From assembly GCA_043228905.1 (NCBI GenBank), contig JBHGNT010000017.1:11966001-12030000 (forward strand): a stretch of 64,000 bases of DNA. The letters are read 5' to 3'. Source of the DNA: Azolla caroliniana. Its lineage: Eukaryota > Plantae > Polypodiophyta. How positions within the stretch are numbered: the first letter of the stretch is position 1; every line of letters starts with the position of its first letter. Positions 47,314 to 59,955 of this stretch are shown piece by piece. The position numbers were made by a program, and so were the translations under genes. The notes beneath the pieces were generated by a model. The model was not told the DNA's origin. It did not search any database and saw only the letters and a program-made list of their open reading frames with translations.

Positions 47314-49652
47314 TGTCAAGACTGAGAGAGAGAAAGAGAGAGAAAAAGAGATAGAGAGATAATTGAAAGAGAATTATTATATTGAAGCGTAAAATGGATT
47401 ACAAAGAGTAGGCTACAAAATGGCGTTGAACCAATTTAGGTTTGGGATGGGTGGTAGATCCCTATTTATAAGTAATAGAGAACTCTCTAGAATATTCTAG
47501 GTTATCCTAGAATGTAGAGTAATCTAGAAGATCTCTAGAGTATTCTAGAAGGTTCTAGTGGTATAGAACACTCTAGAATATTCTAGGTCATTCTAGAATG
47601 TAGAGTAATATAGAATATTCCTATGATATTAGATTTCATATTCTAGAGACTATACATATAAGAATATTAATACAATGGTTAAGGATTTGACATGTGTACA
47701 ACAAGGTCGTGGGTTCAAATCCTTTCGAGTCATAATGTGAGTGTCATGATCCTTTCGATGCATGATGTGACTGTTATCATGACACTATCCCCCTTCTTCG
47801 ACGACACGTCTCACGGGTCGTAGGGTTTGTATTAGGACCTGGTTTACAAGGATATTGGCGATGAAATGCATTGGAAAGATTTGTGGCAGGTTCCCAAGTT
47901 CGATCATTGGGGGTATAGCCTAGCCAATCGACCAAGTAATACAACTTGTTGCGCACGATTTTAGAATCGAGAATGGCAGCAACTTCAAATTCAGGCCCGT
48001 CCAAGAACTCGACAGGTGGTGGGGGTGTCGTAAGACGGCCCAGAATTGAACTTGTAGTATAAGGTTCCAAAAGGGATACATGAAACACCGGATGAAGATG
48101 CATGTGCGGAGGGAGGTCAAGACGAAATGCAACATCACTTATCTTACTAGTGATCATGTAAGGGCCAAAACGTTGGTAATCCAATTTACTGCAAGGTCGA
48201 GTGGTCTTGATGTTGTGTTGGAGAAGCCATACATGATCCCCAATGCGGAACTTTTTTGAGGAGTCTAGACGATGACGATCGGCAAGCCTCTTGTGTGTAA
48301 ATTGAGCATCGTGCAAATTGTGGAGAATGTTAGCTTGAATTTCTTGGAGGCGACTAAGACGATCCTCGGCAGCAGGGTTGGTAGGAACTTCTGGATGCGC
48401 ATTCATCGTCCATCGAGGATGACAGCCCGTATTTGCGAAAAATGGGGAATATCCTGTAGAAGAATGGGCTGAGTTGTTGTAAGCGAATTCCGCCAAGTGC
48501 AAAAATGCAACCCAATCATCTTGTTGATAGTTGATGAAACAACGAAGATATTGTTCCAATGTCTGGTTGGTACGCTCTGTTTGGCCATTTGTTTCAGGAT
48601 GATAGCCCGAAGAAAGCTTAACTGAAATGTGGAGAAGTTTGAACAGGTGCTTCCAAAACTTTGAGATGAATTGTGGACCACGATCACTAATAATATCATC
48701 TGGCAGACCATGATGCTTAAATACCTCCCGCATAACGAGATCAGCCGTCTCTTGACTAGTAATCGACTTTGTACATGGCAAGAAATGTGCCATTTTGGTA
48801 AATCGATCAACCACTGTGAGAATTGCATCAAAACCTTTTGAAACTGGGAGATTAGTAATGAAGTCCAAGGATATAGACTTCCAAGGTGTTTTCGGAATGG
48901 GAAGTGGTTGTAGTAAGCCATAGGGTCGGTGACGAGGATTCTTTGATCGACAACATATATCACAACTCCGAACATACTCCTCAACAAAATGACGAAGGCG
49001 AGGCCACCAATAGCGTCGAGAAATTAATTCTAGAGTCTTGTGAACTCCAAAATGACCAGCCATTGGTGAGTCATGGCAATGTTGCAAAACTTGTAGCCGT
49101 GGGGGACCATCAGGAACATACAATAAATTTTGTCGAAATAGAAAACCATCATGCCAATAGAACTGACAATAGTCATTACGAGGATTTTGTAGCCTACTCT
49201 TTGTAATCCATTTTACGCTTCAATATAATAATTCTCTTTCAATTATCTCTCTATCTCTTTTTCTCTCTCTTTCTCTCTCTCAGTCTTGACAGTTTGAACC
49301 AATTTAGGTTTGGGATGGGTGGTAGATCCCTATTTATAAGTAATAGAGAACTCTCTAGAATATTCTAGGTTACCCTAGAATGTAGAGTAATCTAGAAGAT
49401 CTCTAGAGTATTCTAGAAGGTTCTAGTGGTATAGAACACTCTAGAATATTCTAGGTCATTCTAGAATGTAGAGTAATATAGAATATTCCTATGATATTAG
49501 ATTTCATATTCTAGAGACTATACATATAAGAATATTAATACAATGGTTAAGGATTTGACATGTGTACAACAAGGTCGTGGGTTCAAATCCTTTCGAGTCA
49601 TAATGTGAGTGTCATGATCCTTTCGATGCATGATGTGACTGTTATCATGACA
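47314..49652 (-). mobile_element. Chromovirus (Tcn1-like) element L; internally deleted, U5 of the 5' LTR inverted
   Basis: 3' LTR 47314-47784; PPT 47785-47800; rearranged 5' LTR 49184-49652; TSD ATATC (47309-47313/49653-49657). Confidence 0.93.
47777..49123 (-). CDS. pol: Open integrase plus chromodomain of element L; upstream pol deleted
   Basis: HDSPMAGHFG..CDIC, SLDFIT, SDRGPQF, HPETNGQTER, GPY, FEVAAILDSK..YLVDWLGY..TWEP. Confidence 0.9.
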   Translation of the reverse strand: MYVPDGPPRLQVLQHCHDSPMAGHFGVHKTLELISRRYWWPRLRHFVEEYVRSCDICCRSKNPRHRPYGLLQPLPIPKTPWKSISLDFITNLPVSKGFDAILTVVDRFTKMAHFLPCTKSITSQETADLVMREVFKHHGLPDDIISDRGPQFISKFWKHLFKLLHISVKLSSGYHPETNGQTERTNQTLEQYLRCFINYQQDDWVAFLHLAEFAYNNSAHSSTGYSPFFANTGCHPRWTMNAHPEVPTNPAAEDRLSRLQEIQANILHNLHDAQFTHKRLADRHRLDSSKKFRIGDHVWLLQHNIKTTRPCSKLDYQRFGPYMITSKISDVAFRLDLPPHMHLHPVFHVSLLEPYTTSSILGRLTTPPPPVEFLDGPEFEVAAILDSKIVRNKLYYLVDWLGYTPNDRTWEPATNLSNAFHRQYPCKPGPNTNPTTRETCRRRRGIVS

Positions 49653-50066
49653 ATATCCTTCCAAATAGCTTATGGAGTCTCGGTCTTTTGAAATTGGGTT
49701 AACAATGCTTGTTGCAAACGTGCCCAATCATTCTTCAACTTTATTGGCACCGACCTTACATACCAATCTAAAGTAGGACCATCCAACAAAAGGCTTACCA
49801 TTATCACTACATCAACATCACTCTTCCGAACTTGTAGATCCCAAATCTTCAACTGACGCACGAATTGCACCACATCACTATTTGTCTTGGTGAAAGGTTC
49901 ACTAAAGAGATGTACGCCATTATTTGGAAACACCCAAATGCCAAAATATGCAACAAATATAACAAAACCACCAATTCCAATATTAAAATAGTTCGCCTTG
50001 ATTATGACAAAACCGAAAGTCCTCGACTGTTGTGTAAAAGATATTGTGCGGAACCTAGGACAAAAC

Positions 50067-53000
50067 TGACAAGAACTCTACGTCCACTATGCGCAACGCT
50101 CGGCCACAACCGATCTTAGAATCATACACAGAAAACGAGAAATAAATGCACGACAATGGAAGAGAAAAGTACACAGGATGTTTACGTGGAAAACCCAAAC
50201 TAGGGAAAAACCACGGCAGCCCACAGGCTGCAAACTATCACTATGTTACAATATACAACAGTAAAGCACCAAGGCAACAACCTCGAGCTTCCTATCTTCG
50301 CCACAGGCAGCGGTTACAACGAAGGCAACAACCTCTTCCTCTCTCTCTCTTATGCCTGTACACAAGAATAACAACGAGTCCTACATAACCCAATAAGTTT
50401 GCCCTAAGTCATATTTATACTAATATGACTTTTCGGCTATTTACAAATATAGCCTCGATGGACTCTCAGAAACATATTTACGAATGTCTCTCCATCCGGT
50501 GAGCACTCCTCACCGGGTCTGCACCATCCGGCTCTCCGTAGCCGGGTACTCCTCATCCGGTTCTCACCAGGTCTGCACCATCCGGCTCTCAGAAGCCGGG
50601 TACTCCTCATCCGGTTCTCACCGGGTCTGCAACATCCGGCTCTCCGTAGCCGGGTACTCCTCATGCGGTTCTCACCGGGTCTGCACCATCCAGCTCTCCG
50701 TAGCCGGGTACTCCTCATCCAGTTCTCACCGGGTCTGCACCATCCGGCTCTCCGTCGCCGGCTACTCCTCATCCGGTTCTCAACGGGTCTGCACCATCCG
50801 ACTCTCCCTAGCCGTGTACTCGTCATCCGGTTCTCACCGGGTCTGCACCATCCGGCTCTCCGTAGCCGGCTACGCCTCATCCGGTTCTCACTGGGTCTGC
50901 ACCATCCGGCTCTCCGTAGCCGGGACTCCTCATCCGGTTCTCACCGGGTCTGCACCATCCGGCTCTCCGTAGCCGGGTACTCCTCATCCAGTTTCGGCCT
51001 CGGCCGAGTTCACTCATCAACACTGTTCTTCTCCCTTCCCATCCGGAGGGACCTGTCTCCCAACAATCTCCCCCTTCACTCCGGCATGGGGTGTCTTACT
51101 AGTCTGATCCGCTTCCGGCATGCATCCAGCTTGTCGGGTATCAACACTTTGGTCAGCATATCTGACCCGTTCTCGGCCGTGTGGATCTTCATCAGCGCGA
51201 ACTCCTAGTCATCTACTCTTTCCCGGATCCAGTGATACCTTCGCTGGATATGCTTCGTCCGGGAATGGTAGGCCGCATTCTTAGCAAGGTGGATGGCACT
51301 TTGACTGTCACAATAGAGCCGATAATCATCTTGCCGGATACCGAGCTCTCCGATGAAGTCCTTCATCCATAATATTTCGTTGCCAGCTTCCACAGCCGCC
51401 ATGTACTCCGCCTCCGTGGTTGACAACGCAACCGTCTTCTACAGCCTCGACTGCCACGAAATAGCTCCCCCTGCATATGTCATTACATACCCATATGTAG
51501 ACCGGCTGGTATCCACATCAGCCAACATGTCCGAATCGGTAAAACCGTCAAGTTGAGGTTTTCCGGATCCGAATCAGAGACACATATTTGAAGTGCCCTT
51601 CAAGTACCGGAGTATCCATTTGACTGCGTTCCAGTGCTCCTTGTCAGGATTGCTCATAAACCGGCTCACCACTCCGAGTGCGTATCCTATATCCGGTCGG
51701 GTACACACCATTGCGTACATTAAGCTCCCGACGGCAGAGGCATATGGAATTTTCATCATATCCGCCTTCTCTGCTTTCGTCTTCGGGCTTTGCTTAACGG
51801 ATAACCTGCAGTTTGCCGGAAGTGTCGATCGGACCGATTTCGCAATTGACATGTTGAACCGGTGAAGCACCTTTGTCACGTACTTCTCCTGTGACAGCCA
51901 TAATTGCTTCATTGACCGGTTTCGAATAATATGCATCCCCAGCATCTGTCTTGCCGGACCCAAGTCTTTCATTGAGAAGGTCCGGTTGAGAGCCTTCTTC
52001 AGCATCCGTATTTTGACTTGGTCCCGTCCGACGATCAACATGTCATCCACGTACAGAAGGAGTATCAGGAAGTCGCCTCCTTCGAACTTCTTCACAAACA
52101 CGCAGTGATCGGCCTGCGTCTTGTGGTACCCTTGATCGGCCATGAAGGAGTCGAACTTCCGGTACCATTGCCGGGGGGCCTGCTTCAACCCGTAGAGGCT
52201 CTTCTTCAACCTGCAAACCAAGTGCTCCTTCCCTTTCTCCACGAATCCTTCCGGTTGCTGCATGTAGATCTCCTCTTCGAGGTCGCCGTGAAGGAATGTT
52301 GTCTTCACGTCCAACTGCTCTACCTCGAGGTTCATGCTTGCTGCTATACTCAGCACCGTCTGGATGGAGGTCATCTTTACTACCGGGGCAAATATCTCGT
52401 CAAAGTCCACGCCCTTTTTCTGCTGGAACCCCTTCACCACAATCCTGGCTTTGTATCTAGGGGGGTTGCCGGCATCTCCCGATTTCAACTTGTACACCCA
52501 CTTGTTTCAGAGTGCCCGCTTTCCTTTTGGCAACTCCACCAATTCGTACGTATGCTTCTCATGCAGGGAATCCATCTCATCGTGCATGGCACTTAACCAT
52601 TTGCGGCTATGGGTGTCATCCTTCGCTTCTTCGAAGCTTTCCGGCTCCCCCTCATCGGTCAGCAGAACATGCTCTGCATCCGGAAATCTTCGGGGTGCCC
52701 TTCTCTCTCTGAGAGGATATCTCCGTCTTCAGGCTTCGGTAACCGGCTCCTCCATTTGCTCTTCATCCAAATCCGATTCGGGGTCTTGGCCGGTTCTGGT
52801 TTCAGCTTCCTCTACTTCTTCTTCAGCCTGTTCGGTATCCTCATTGTAACCGGCTGGTCCCTCGAGTGCTAACCGGTCTCTTGCCGGTTGGGTCTGCTCA
52901 TCGTAGAGTCGATCCTTACCGGTCGACTCGGAGTTCATTATCTTCTTCTCCGACTCCCAGTCGACGAGCGTCTTGTCCTCCATGAAGATAATATCTCGAC

Positions 53001-55606
53001 TCCGGAATACCTTCTTGTCGACCAGGTCCCACACTCGGTAGCCGAACTCATCGTCACCGTAACCGAGGAATATGCATGGCCGGGTCCATGGATCTAACTT
53101 TCCTCTCTGGTCCTTAGCTACATGCACGTACACGAGACACCCGAACACCTTTAGATGCCGGTAGGATACTTCCTTACCGGTCCATACTCTCTGTGGCGTG
53201 TCTCCATCCAAGGGCACTGAGGGTGATCTGTTTATCACATATGTCGACGTCGACAATGCCTCAGCCCAAAACTTCTTGGGTAGTTTTGCATGTGCTAGCA
53301 TACTCCGGACCCTCTCCATTATGGTCCGGTTCATCCTCTCGGCCAGTCCGTTTAGTTCCGGCATCTTCGGCATGGTAAATTCGAGCCGGATTCCCTTCGA
53401 GCGGTAGTACTCCTCGAACTGCCCCCGGTATTCTCCTCCGTTATCTGCTCGAACCGCCTTCAGCTTCCGGCCGGTTTCTCTTTCCACTCTCGCGTGGAGC
53501 TCTTTGAAGACTGATAGCACCTAATCCTTCGTCTTCAACAGTTTGGCCCACAGCTTCCGGCTCTGGTCATCTATGAACGTCACGAAGTACTACGCTCCGG
53601 CATGTGACTTCGTGTCTACTTGACACACATCTGTATGCACCAACTCCAGTGGTGCATTACGTCTCATCGGTGGCCTTGGTCGGAAGGAGGTCCGGTTTTG
53701 CTTATTGGCCAGACAATCAATGCACTTCTCCAAGTGCACGTTCTTCACTGGAATGAGGATGTCGTCTGTAAGCCTCTTCATCCCCTTCTCGCTCATATGA
53801 CACAGCCTCTTGTGCCACAGCTCACCGGCAGTGTCAGATGCCACGTTCACTTCCTCCAGACATAACCGGGCATTCATCAGGTACAGAGTGTTGACCTTCT
53901 GGGCCCGAGCCACAATCAGGCTCCCCTTGCTGAACTTCATAACACCGTTCCAGATGCTACCCATGTAGCCTTCATCATCTAGCCGACCGGCTGATATCAG
54001 GTTCAGACGAACCTCTGGAACGTGTCGGACATCCTTCAGCCACATGTCTCCTATGCCGACAATTCGGCATGTACCTTCATTCCCCTTTCGGACACAGCCG
54101 TGATCACCGGCTGAGTAGAATGAGAAGCATTTCCGGTCCGGGGTAAGGTGGAACGACGCTCCGGAGTCTACCACCCAGGTCATCTTGTCGCCTGCAAGGT
54201 TTATCTCACTCTCCTCGGTGATGAGCATCAACTCTTCTTCACTTGCCGCGATTGCCGTCGTTCCCTTCCGGTCCGGTATCCGCTTCGAATCGGTACCGTC
54301 AGTTTCCTTGTCCTTTCGGAAATGCCGACAGTTCTTCTGGAAGTGTCCCGGCTTGCCGCAATAGAAGCAAGTAGGTCTCCCCCTTGACTTTGACCGTGTA
54401 CCCTACTTTTCCCAGTTTTTGGGACTACGGTTTCTATGTCTTCCGCGTTCCGATTCGACAAGGAGCGCTTTGGAGTCGGAGCTAGTATCCTTATCTTTCC
54501 GATGTGCCTCCTCATCTAGCAAGCTCGACTTCACTCTTGCTAGGGATAACCGTTTCCCTTCCGGCCCGGTGTTGCCCAAAGTGACAACCAATGTCTCCCA
54601 GCTATCCGGGAGGGAACCGAGCAGGAGTAGTGCTAGTACCTCATTGGCGAGAGGTACTTCCAATGATGTTGCCTGGTGAATCAGCCCTTGGAAGGCATTC
54701 ATGTGCTCCGCCATGCTGGAGCCATCTTGGTACCGGAGTCTTACTAGCTTCCGGAATACCGAAACCTGATTAACAACACTTTTGTCTTGAAACATAATGC
54801 CGATCTTCTCCCAGAGCTCATGAGCCTTGCTCTCTTCATTGAAGTTGTTGTATAGGCTCATGTCGATGAAGCACCGTATGTACGTTGTTGTCTTCATGTG
54901 CATCACCTCCCATATCGTGGCATCGATTTTGTCCGGTCTCTTGTCCCCAAACTGAATCGGCAGCCAAAGATCTTTAACCACGAGCATATCCCTCATCTTC
55001 GACTTCCACACTGAATAGTTGGAGCCGGTGAGCTTGAACATGCCGCCCAATGATTCCTCCATTTTTTGTGTCGTTTCGCTCTGATACCACTTGACAAGAA
55101 CTCTACGTCCACTATGCGCAACGCTCGGCCACAACTGAGCTAGGGAAAACCCAAACTAGGGAAAAACCACCGCAGCCCACAGGCTGCAAACTATCACTAT
55201 GTTACAGTATACAACAGTAAAGCACCGAGGCAACAATCTCAAGCTTCCTATCTTCGCCACAGGCGGCGGTTACAACAAAGGCAATGACCTCTTCCTCTCT
55301 CTCTCTTATGCCTGTACACAAGAATAACAACGACTCCTACATAACCCAATAAGTTTGCCCTAAGTCATGTTTATACTAATATGACTTTTCGGCTATTTAC
55401 AAATATAGCCTCGATGGACTCTCAGAAATATATATACGAATATGTCTCTCCATCCGGTGAGCACTCCTCACCGGGTCTGCACCATCCGGCTCTCCGTAGC
55501 CGGGTACTCCTCATCCGGTTTCGGCCTCGGCCTATCAGCCGCGGCCGAGTTCGCTCATCTACACTATTCTTCTCCCTTCCCATCTGGAGGGACCTGTCTC
55601 CCAACA
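50067..55606 (-). mobile_element. Ty1/Copia element M (B-related), full length, degenerate
   Basis: LTRs at 50067-51065 and 55092-55606; TSD AAAAC; PBS 55078-55089 (iMet); PPT 51066-51078; Gag-Pol fragments 51080-55063. Confidence 0.95.
50509..50992. repeat. 54-bp tandem array (9 copies) in the 3' LTR of M
   Basis: Unit ctcaccgggtctgcaccatccggctctccgtagccgggtactcctcatccggtt; only one copy in the other LTR. Confidence 0.92.
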
Positions 55607-56294
55607 AAAACCAGCTAGTCCGGATAACAGCAAAACACAAAACGAAGATTTAATGGAGCGCTTGAATACACGAGAGAGATAGAGAGAGGGTAATATAGCA
55701 TAAACTGAATTGAAAAATAAAAACACTCTATCTACAAATATCCTATAGAACACTTTTTATACAAGTCCTTAAAGGAGTAACAGAAGTATTGACATGTACT
55801 TCAATGCTCATACAAGCAACTGACACTAACTCCAAGAAATATGCCTACATACTAGGCTCACACCGTAGGTCTCCAACAGCCTACCAATTCTCGCTATTCC
55901 AGAGTACGATCTGGTTCTCCAGTCCGGCTCTAGGTTCTGGATACTAATCTATCCGGACACCGATCCGGTTCTGGGTGAAAGCATGTGAATGGAAATAATT
56001 AGCTATGTCCTTGACATAGCTAATTAACTATGCAAAAAGCTACCATTGATAAATAGTCATTTTTGCAAAAAACTACCGTTGATAAATTAGCTATGCAAAA
56101 AGCTACCATTGAAAATAGTAGAGAGTTTTAATTATATAAATGTGCAACATAAATTGATATGTGCACAATAAATGTGCGCCATAGATTATAAACTGAATCC
56201 TTAGGTCCATTATGCATGATCCTTTGCCACATCATGTGGGCCATCTCTAGTTGAGTATTTTGGCTTAGATTACTACCATTGTTGCTAAAACCTA

Positions 56295-57470
56295 TTGAGT
56301 CCACTCCTCCATTGCCACCATTCTACACTCAGTTACCACCAATGTGCGGTCCAAGTATCATCTGCCACTGTTTGATCCAATGGAGTTCACTCCTCCATTG
56401 CTACCATTCTACACTCAGTTGCCACCACTGTTCAGTCCCAACATCATCTGCCAAGTTCACTCCTCCATTGCCGCCACTCTACACTCAGTTGCCACCAATG
56501 TGCGGTCCAAGTATCATCTGCCACTGTTTGATCCAATGGAGTTCACTCCTCCATTGCTACCATTCTACACTCAGTTGCCACCACTGTTCAGTCCCAACAT
56601 CATCTGCCAAGTTCACTCCTCCATTGCCGCCACTCTACACTCAGTTGCCGCTACTGTGAAGGTCGTATATTGCTGCCACTTTTCGATCCAACGGAGTTAA
56701 CTACTTCTCCACTGCCGCTATTCTACTCTCAGTTGTCGTCACTGTGTGTTCCAAGCATCATCTGCCATTGTTCGATCTGATGGAGTTCACTCCTTCATTG
56801 TCATCATTCTACACTTAGTTGCCGCTACTGTTCGGTCCTGGAATGCTGCCATTTTTCAATTTGATGGAGTTCACCCATCCATTGCCATCATTCTACACTG
56901 AGTTGCCGCTACTTTTCGGTCGTGTATTGCTGCTACTTTTGGATCCGAGGGAGTTCACTCCTTGTCCACTACCGCCGTTTTACTCTTAGTTTCCGTCACA
57001 GTGCGTTCCAAGCATCATCTGCCACTATTCGATCTGTCGGAGTTCACCCCTCCATTGCCATCATTCTACACTCAGTTGCCGCTATTGTTCAATCCTGGAT
57101 TGCTGCCACTTTTCGATTTGACGGTGTTCACTCATCCATTGCCATCATTCTACACTTAGTTGCCGCTATTGTTCGGTCGTGTATTGCTGCCACTTTTCGA
57201 TCCGAGGGAGTTCACTCCTTCTCCACTACTACCATTCTACTCTCAGTTGTCATCACTATGCGTTCCAAGCATCATCTGCCACTATTTGATCCGACGGAAT
57301 TCACTCCTGGATTGCCATCATTCTACACTCAGTTTCCGCCATTGTTCGGTCCTGGATTGCCATAACTGTTCAATCAGACGAAGTTCACACCTTCACTACT
57401 GCATTCTACACTCAGTTGCCGCCATTATTCAGCCCTGGATTACCGCCATTGTTCGGTCTTGGATTGCAAG
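56295..57470. repeat. ~84-bp minisatellite (~14 units) with a perfect 156-bp higher-order duplication
   Basis: Recurring ggagttcactcctccattgccaYcattctacactcagttgcc; a 52-codon block is repeated exactly in ORF 56279..56659. Confidence 0.85.
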
Positions 57471-58434
57471 AACTATTCTGTCTATTAATTATTTTGCGTA
57501 TTGTTGTGTATAATCTTGTGTATTGCGGAATATTTTTTATATTGTTGTTGCCCATAGCCATCTTAAATACGTGTCTTTTTTTCGGGAAAATTAGGGTCTA
57601 AATATGTCAAGCCAAATGGAAGGGAAAGGAGGGTGTTGAGAAGGGTGTTTAGAATTATGTACACTCAGTTATCATCGGGATAGGGATGACGCTATCAGGA
57701 CACAAAAAGCGATACGAAAGTATTAGGCAGAAAAAAAAAGAAAACATTGTCAATTGTTGAAGGATACGAAAGCCACACTCACTAATGGTAAAGATAGTAT
57801 TGGTTGCGATATAGGTCTAAATATCACTGAGAATGGAAGTAATGAGGCTACTATCATAGAGAGAAAGGTTGTAGACTATTTCAATGTTCAAACCAAGCAC
57901 ATAAGCAATGAAGACAAGAAGGTAGTACTTTATGGAATATTAAATGATCCATCGATAAAGGAGTTAGTTGATTATGATGGTCTTAATGCAAACATAACAT
58001 CTATACTAGTAAATAATCTCTGTAATAGTTTCGTATCCATGAGCAGGGCAAAAGATGATCTTGTCCTAAAATGTTCTAGTCTAATGATGTTGCTTAATAG
58101 TGAAGTTGACGATATTAACATCAGTGTGCTATCTAAGGTAATTGGTGTTAGTAGAAAAAGTGTATACAATACATTGAACCGGATAGTTTCCTCAAGTGAA
58201 GGAACTATTCTGCTAAAGCCAACAACAAGATATAAGCCAATGAAACCCATAACATCAGAAATCAAGGATATAATCACAATATTTTGAACTAATGAGAGTA
58301 GGATTTCACCCAATAAGAAGGATTTATGCAGGAAACGTGTTGGAAGGATTCAATACGAGGAGCATCCCATTCATCTTCTTGATGTACCTCAGGTATTCAC
58401 ATTTATCTCAACATTTGTTTTGACTTTTGAGCTT

Positions 58435-59955
58435 AGTTAGTTAGCTTATTAGCTACCCCTGAATATGACCATACCAGAATAGCTAATTAGCTACCTCAGA
58501 ATATGACCATAGCTAACTAGCTACCAGTAATAGCTAATTAGCTACCCGAATAGCTAATTAGCTACCTCAGAATATGACCATAGCTAACTAGCTACCAGTA
58601 ATAGCTAATTAGCTACCCGAATAGCTAATTAGCTACCTTAGAATATGACCATAGCTAACTAGCTACCAGTAATAGCAAATTAGCTACCCGAATAGCTAAT
58701 TAGCTACCTCAGAATATGACCATAGCTAACTAGCTACCAGTAATAGCTAATTAGCTACCAGTAATAGCTAATTAGCTACCCGAATAGCTAATTAGCTGCC
58801 TTAGAATATTACCATAGCTAACTAGCTACCTATAATAGTTAATTAGCTACCATAATAGCTAATTACCTACCTCAGAATATGACCATAGCTAACTAGCTAC
58901 TAGTAATATCTTAATAGCGATTACCAATAGCTAATTTAGCTATTACCAGCTAATTCGCTACCAGAATAATTAATTAGTTACCTAAGAATATCAAACATCG
59001 CTAATTAGTTACCAATCATAGTTATTTAGCTACCACAATAGCTAATTAGCAACCTATGACAATAGCTATTTAGCTACCAAACTAGCTAATTAGCTGGTTA
59101 TGAGTATAGCTAATTAGCTACCAGAATAGCTATTTAGCTACCATAATAGCTAATTAACTATGTATGAATATAGCTAATTAGCTACTAGAATAGCTAACTA
59201 GCTATTCCTAATAGCTAATTTAGTTATTACGAGCTAATTAGCTACCAAAATAGCTAATTAGCTACCAATCTTAGCAAATTAGCTAGCATTCATAGCTAAT
59301 TAGCTACCAGAATAGCTAATTAGTTGCCTCTGACTATAGCTAATTAGCTACCACAATAGCTAATTAGCTACCTAAGAATATGAGCATAGCTATTTAGCTA
59401 CCAGAATAGCTAATTAGTTGTGTATGACTAGCTAATTTGCTACCAGAATAGCTAACTAGCTAATTAGCTGCCAGGATAGCTAACTAGCTATTCACAATAG
59501 CTAATTCATCTAGTATCAGCTAATTAGTTGCTAGGATAGCTAATTAGCTACCAGAATAGCTAATTAGCTAACTAAGAATATGAGCATAGCTATTTAGCTA
59601 CCAGAATAGGTAATTAGTTGTGTATGACTAGCTAATTAGCTACCAGAATAGCTAACTAGCTAATTAGATGTATATGACTATAGCTAATTAGCTGCTAGAA
59701 TAGCTAACTACCTACCAATCATAGCTATTTAGCTACTAGAATAGCTAATTAGCAGCCTATGATTATAGCTAATTAGCTACTAGAATAGCTAACTAACTAT
59801 TCCCAATAGCTAATTAGTTATTACCAGCTAATTTAGCTATTAGCAACTATTTAGTTGCCAAGATAGCAAATTAGCTACCAATCATAGTTATTTATCTACC
59901 AGAATACCTTATTTGCTGCTATAACATGTTTGGAGCGTAGCTAATCAGCTAATCA
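58435..59955. repeat. Palindromic TAGCTAATTAGCTA satellite (~1.5 kb) filling the transposase intron
   Basis: Dozens of atagctaattagctacc units with short spacers; ~70-bp higher-order units at 58480-58850. Confidence 0.92.

Larger units (their letters stand above)
46170..50032 (-). pseudogene. gag: Old Gypsy gag (to start of protease) relic, split by element L
   Basis: 49670..49933 (LDGPTLDWY..W..LQQALLTQF) and 46675..47076 plus a CYNCFERG knuckle remnant; flanks joined by TSD ATATC. Confidence 0.65.
50033..55972 (-). mobile_element. Copia J/H-family LTR (N), split by Copia M and truncated at ~55972
   Basis: tgtaaaagatattgtgcgg resembles the reverse complement of the H LTR end; 55750-55972 aligns to J 5' LTR 45910-46130. 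Confidence 0.7.

Noticed and set aside
50437-51208. Repetitive 18-aa ORFs on both strands
   Set aside because: Translations of the 54-bp LTR tandem unit.
56279-57513. Pro/His/Cys-rich ORFs resembling extensins
   Set aside because: Frame-shifting translations of the minisatellite.
58435-59955. CRISPR-like array of palindromic repeats with spacers
   Set aside because: Spacers are only 3-20 nt and themselves repetitive; no cas genes; eukaryotic intronic context.
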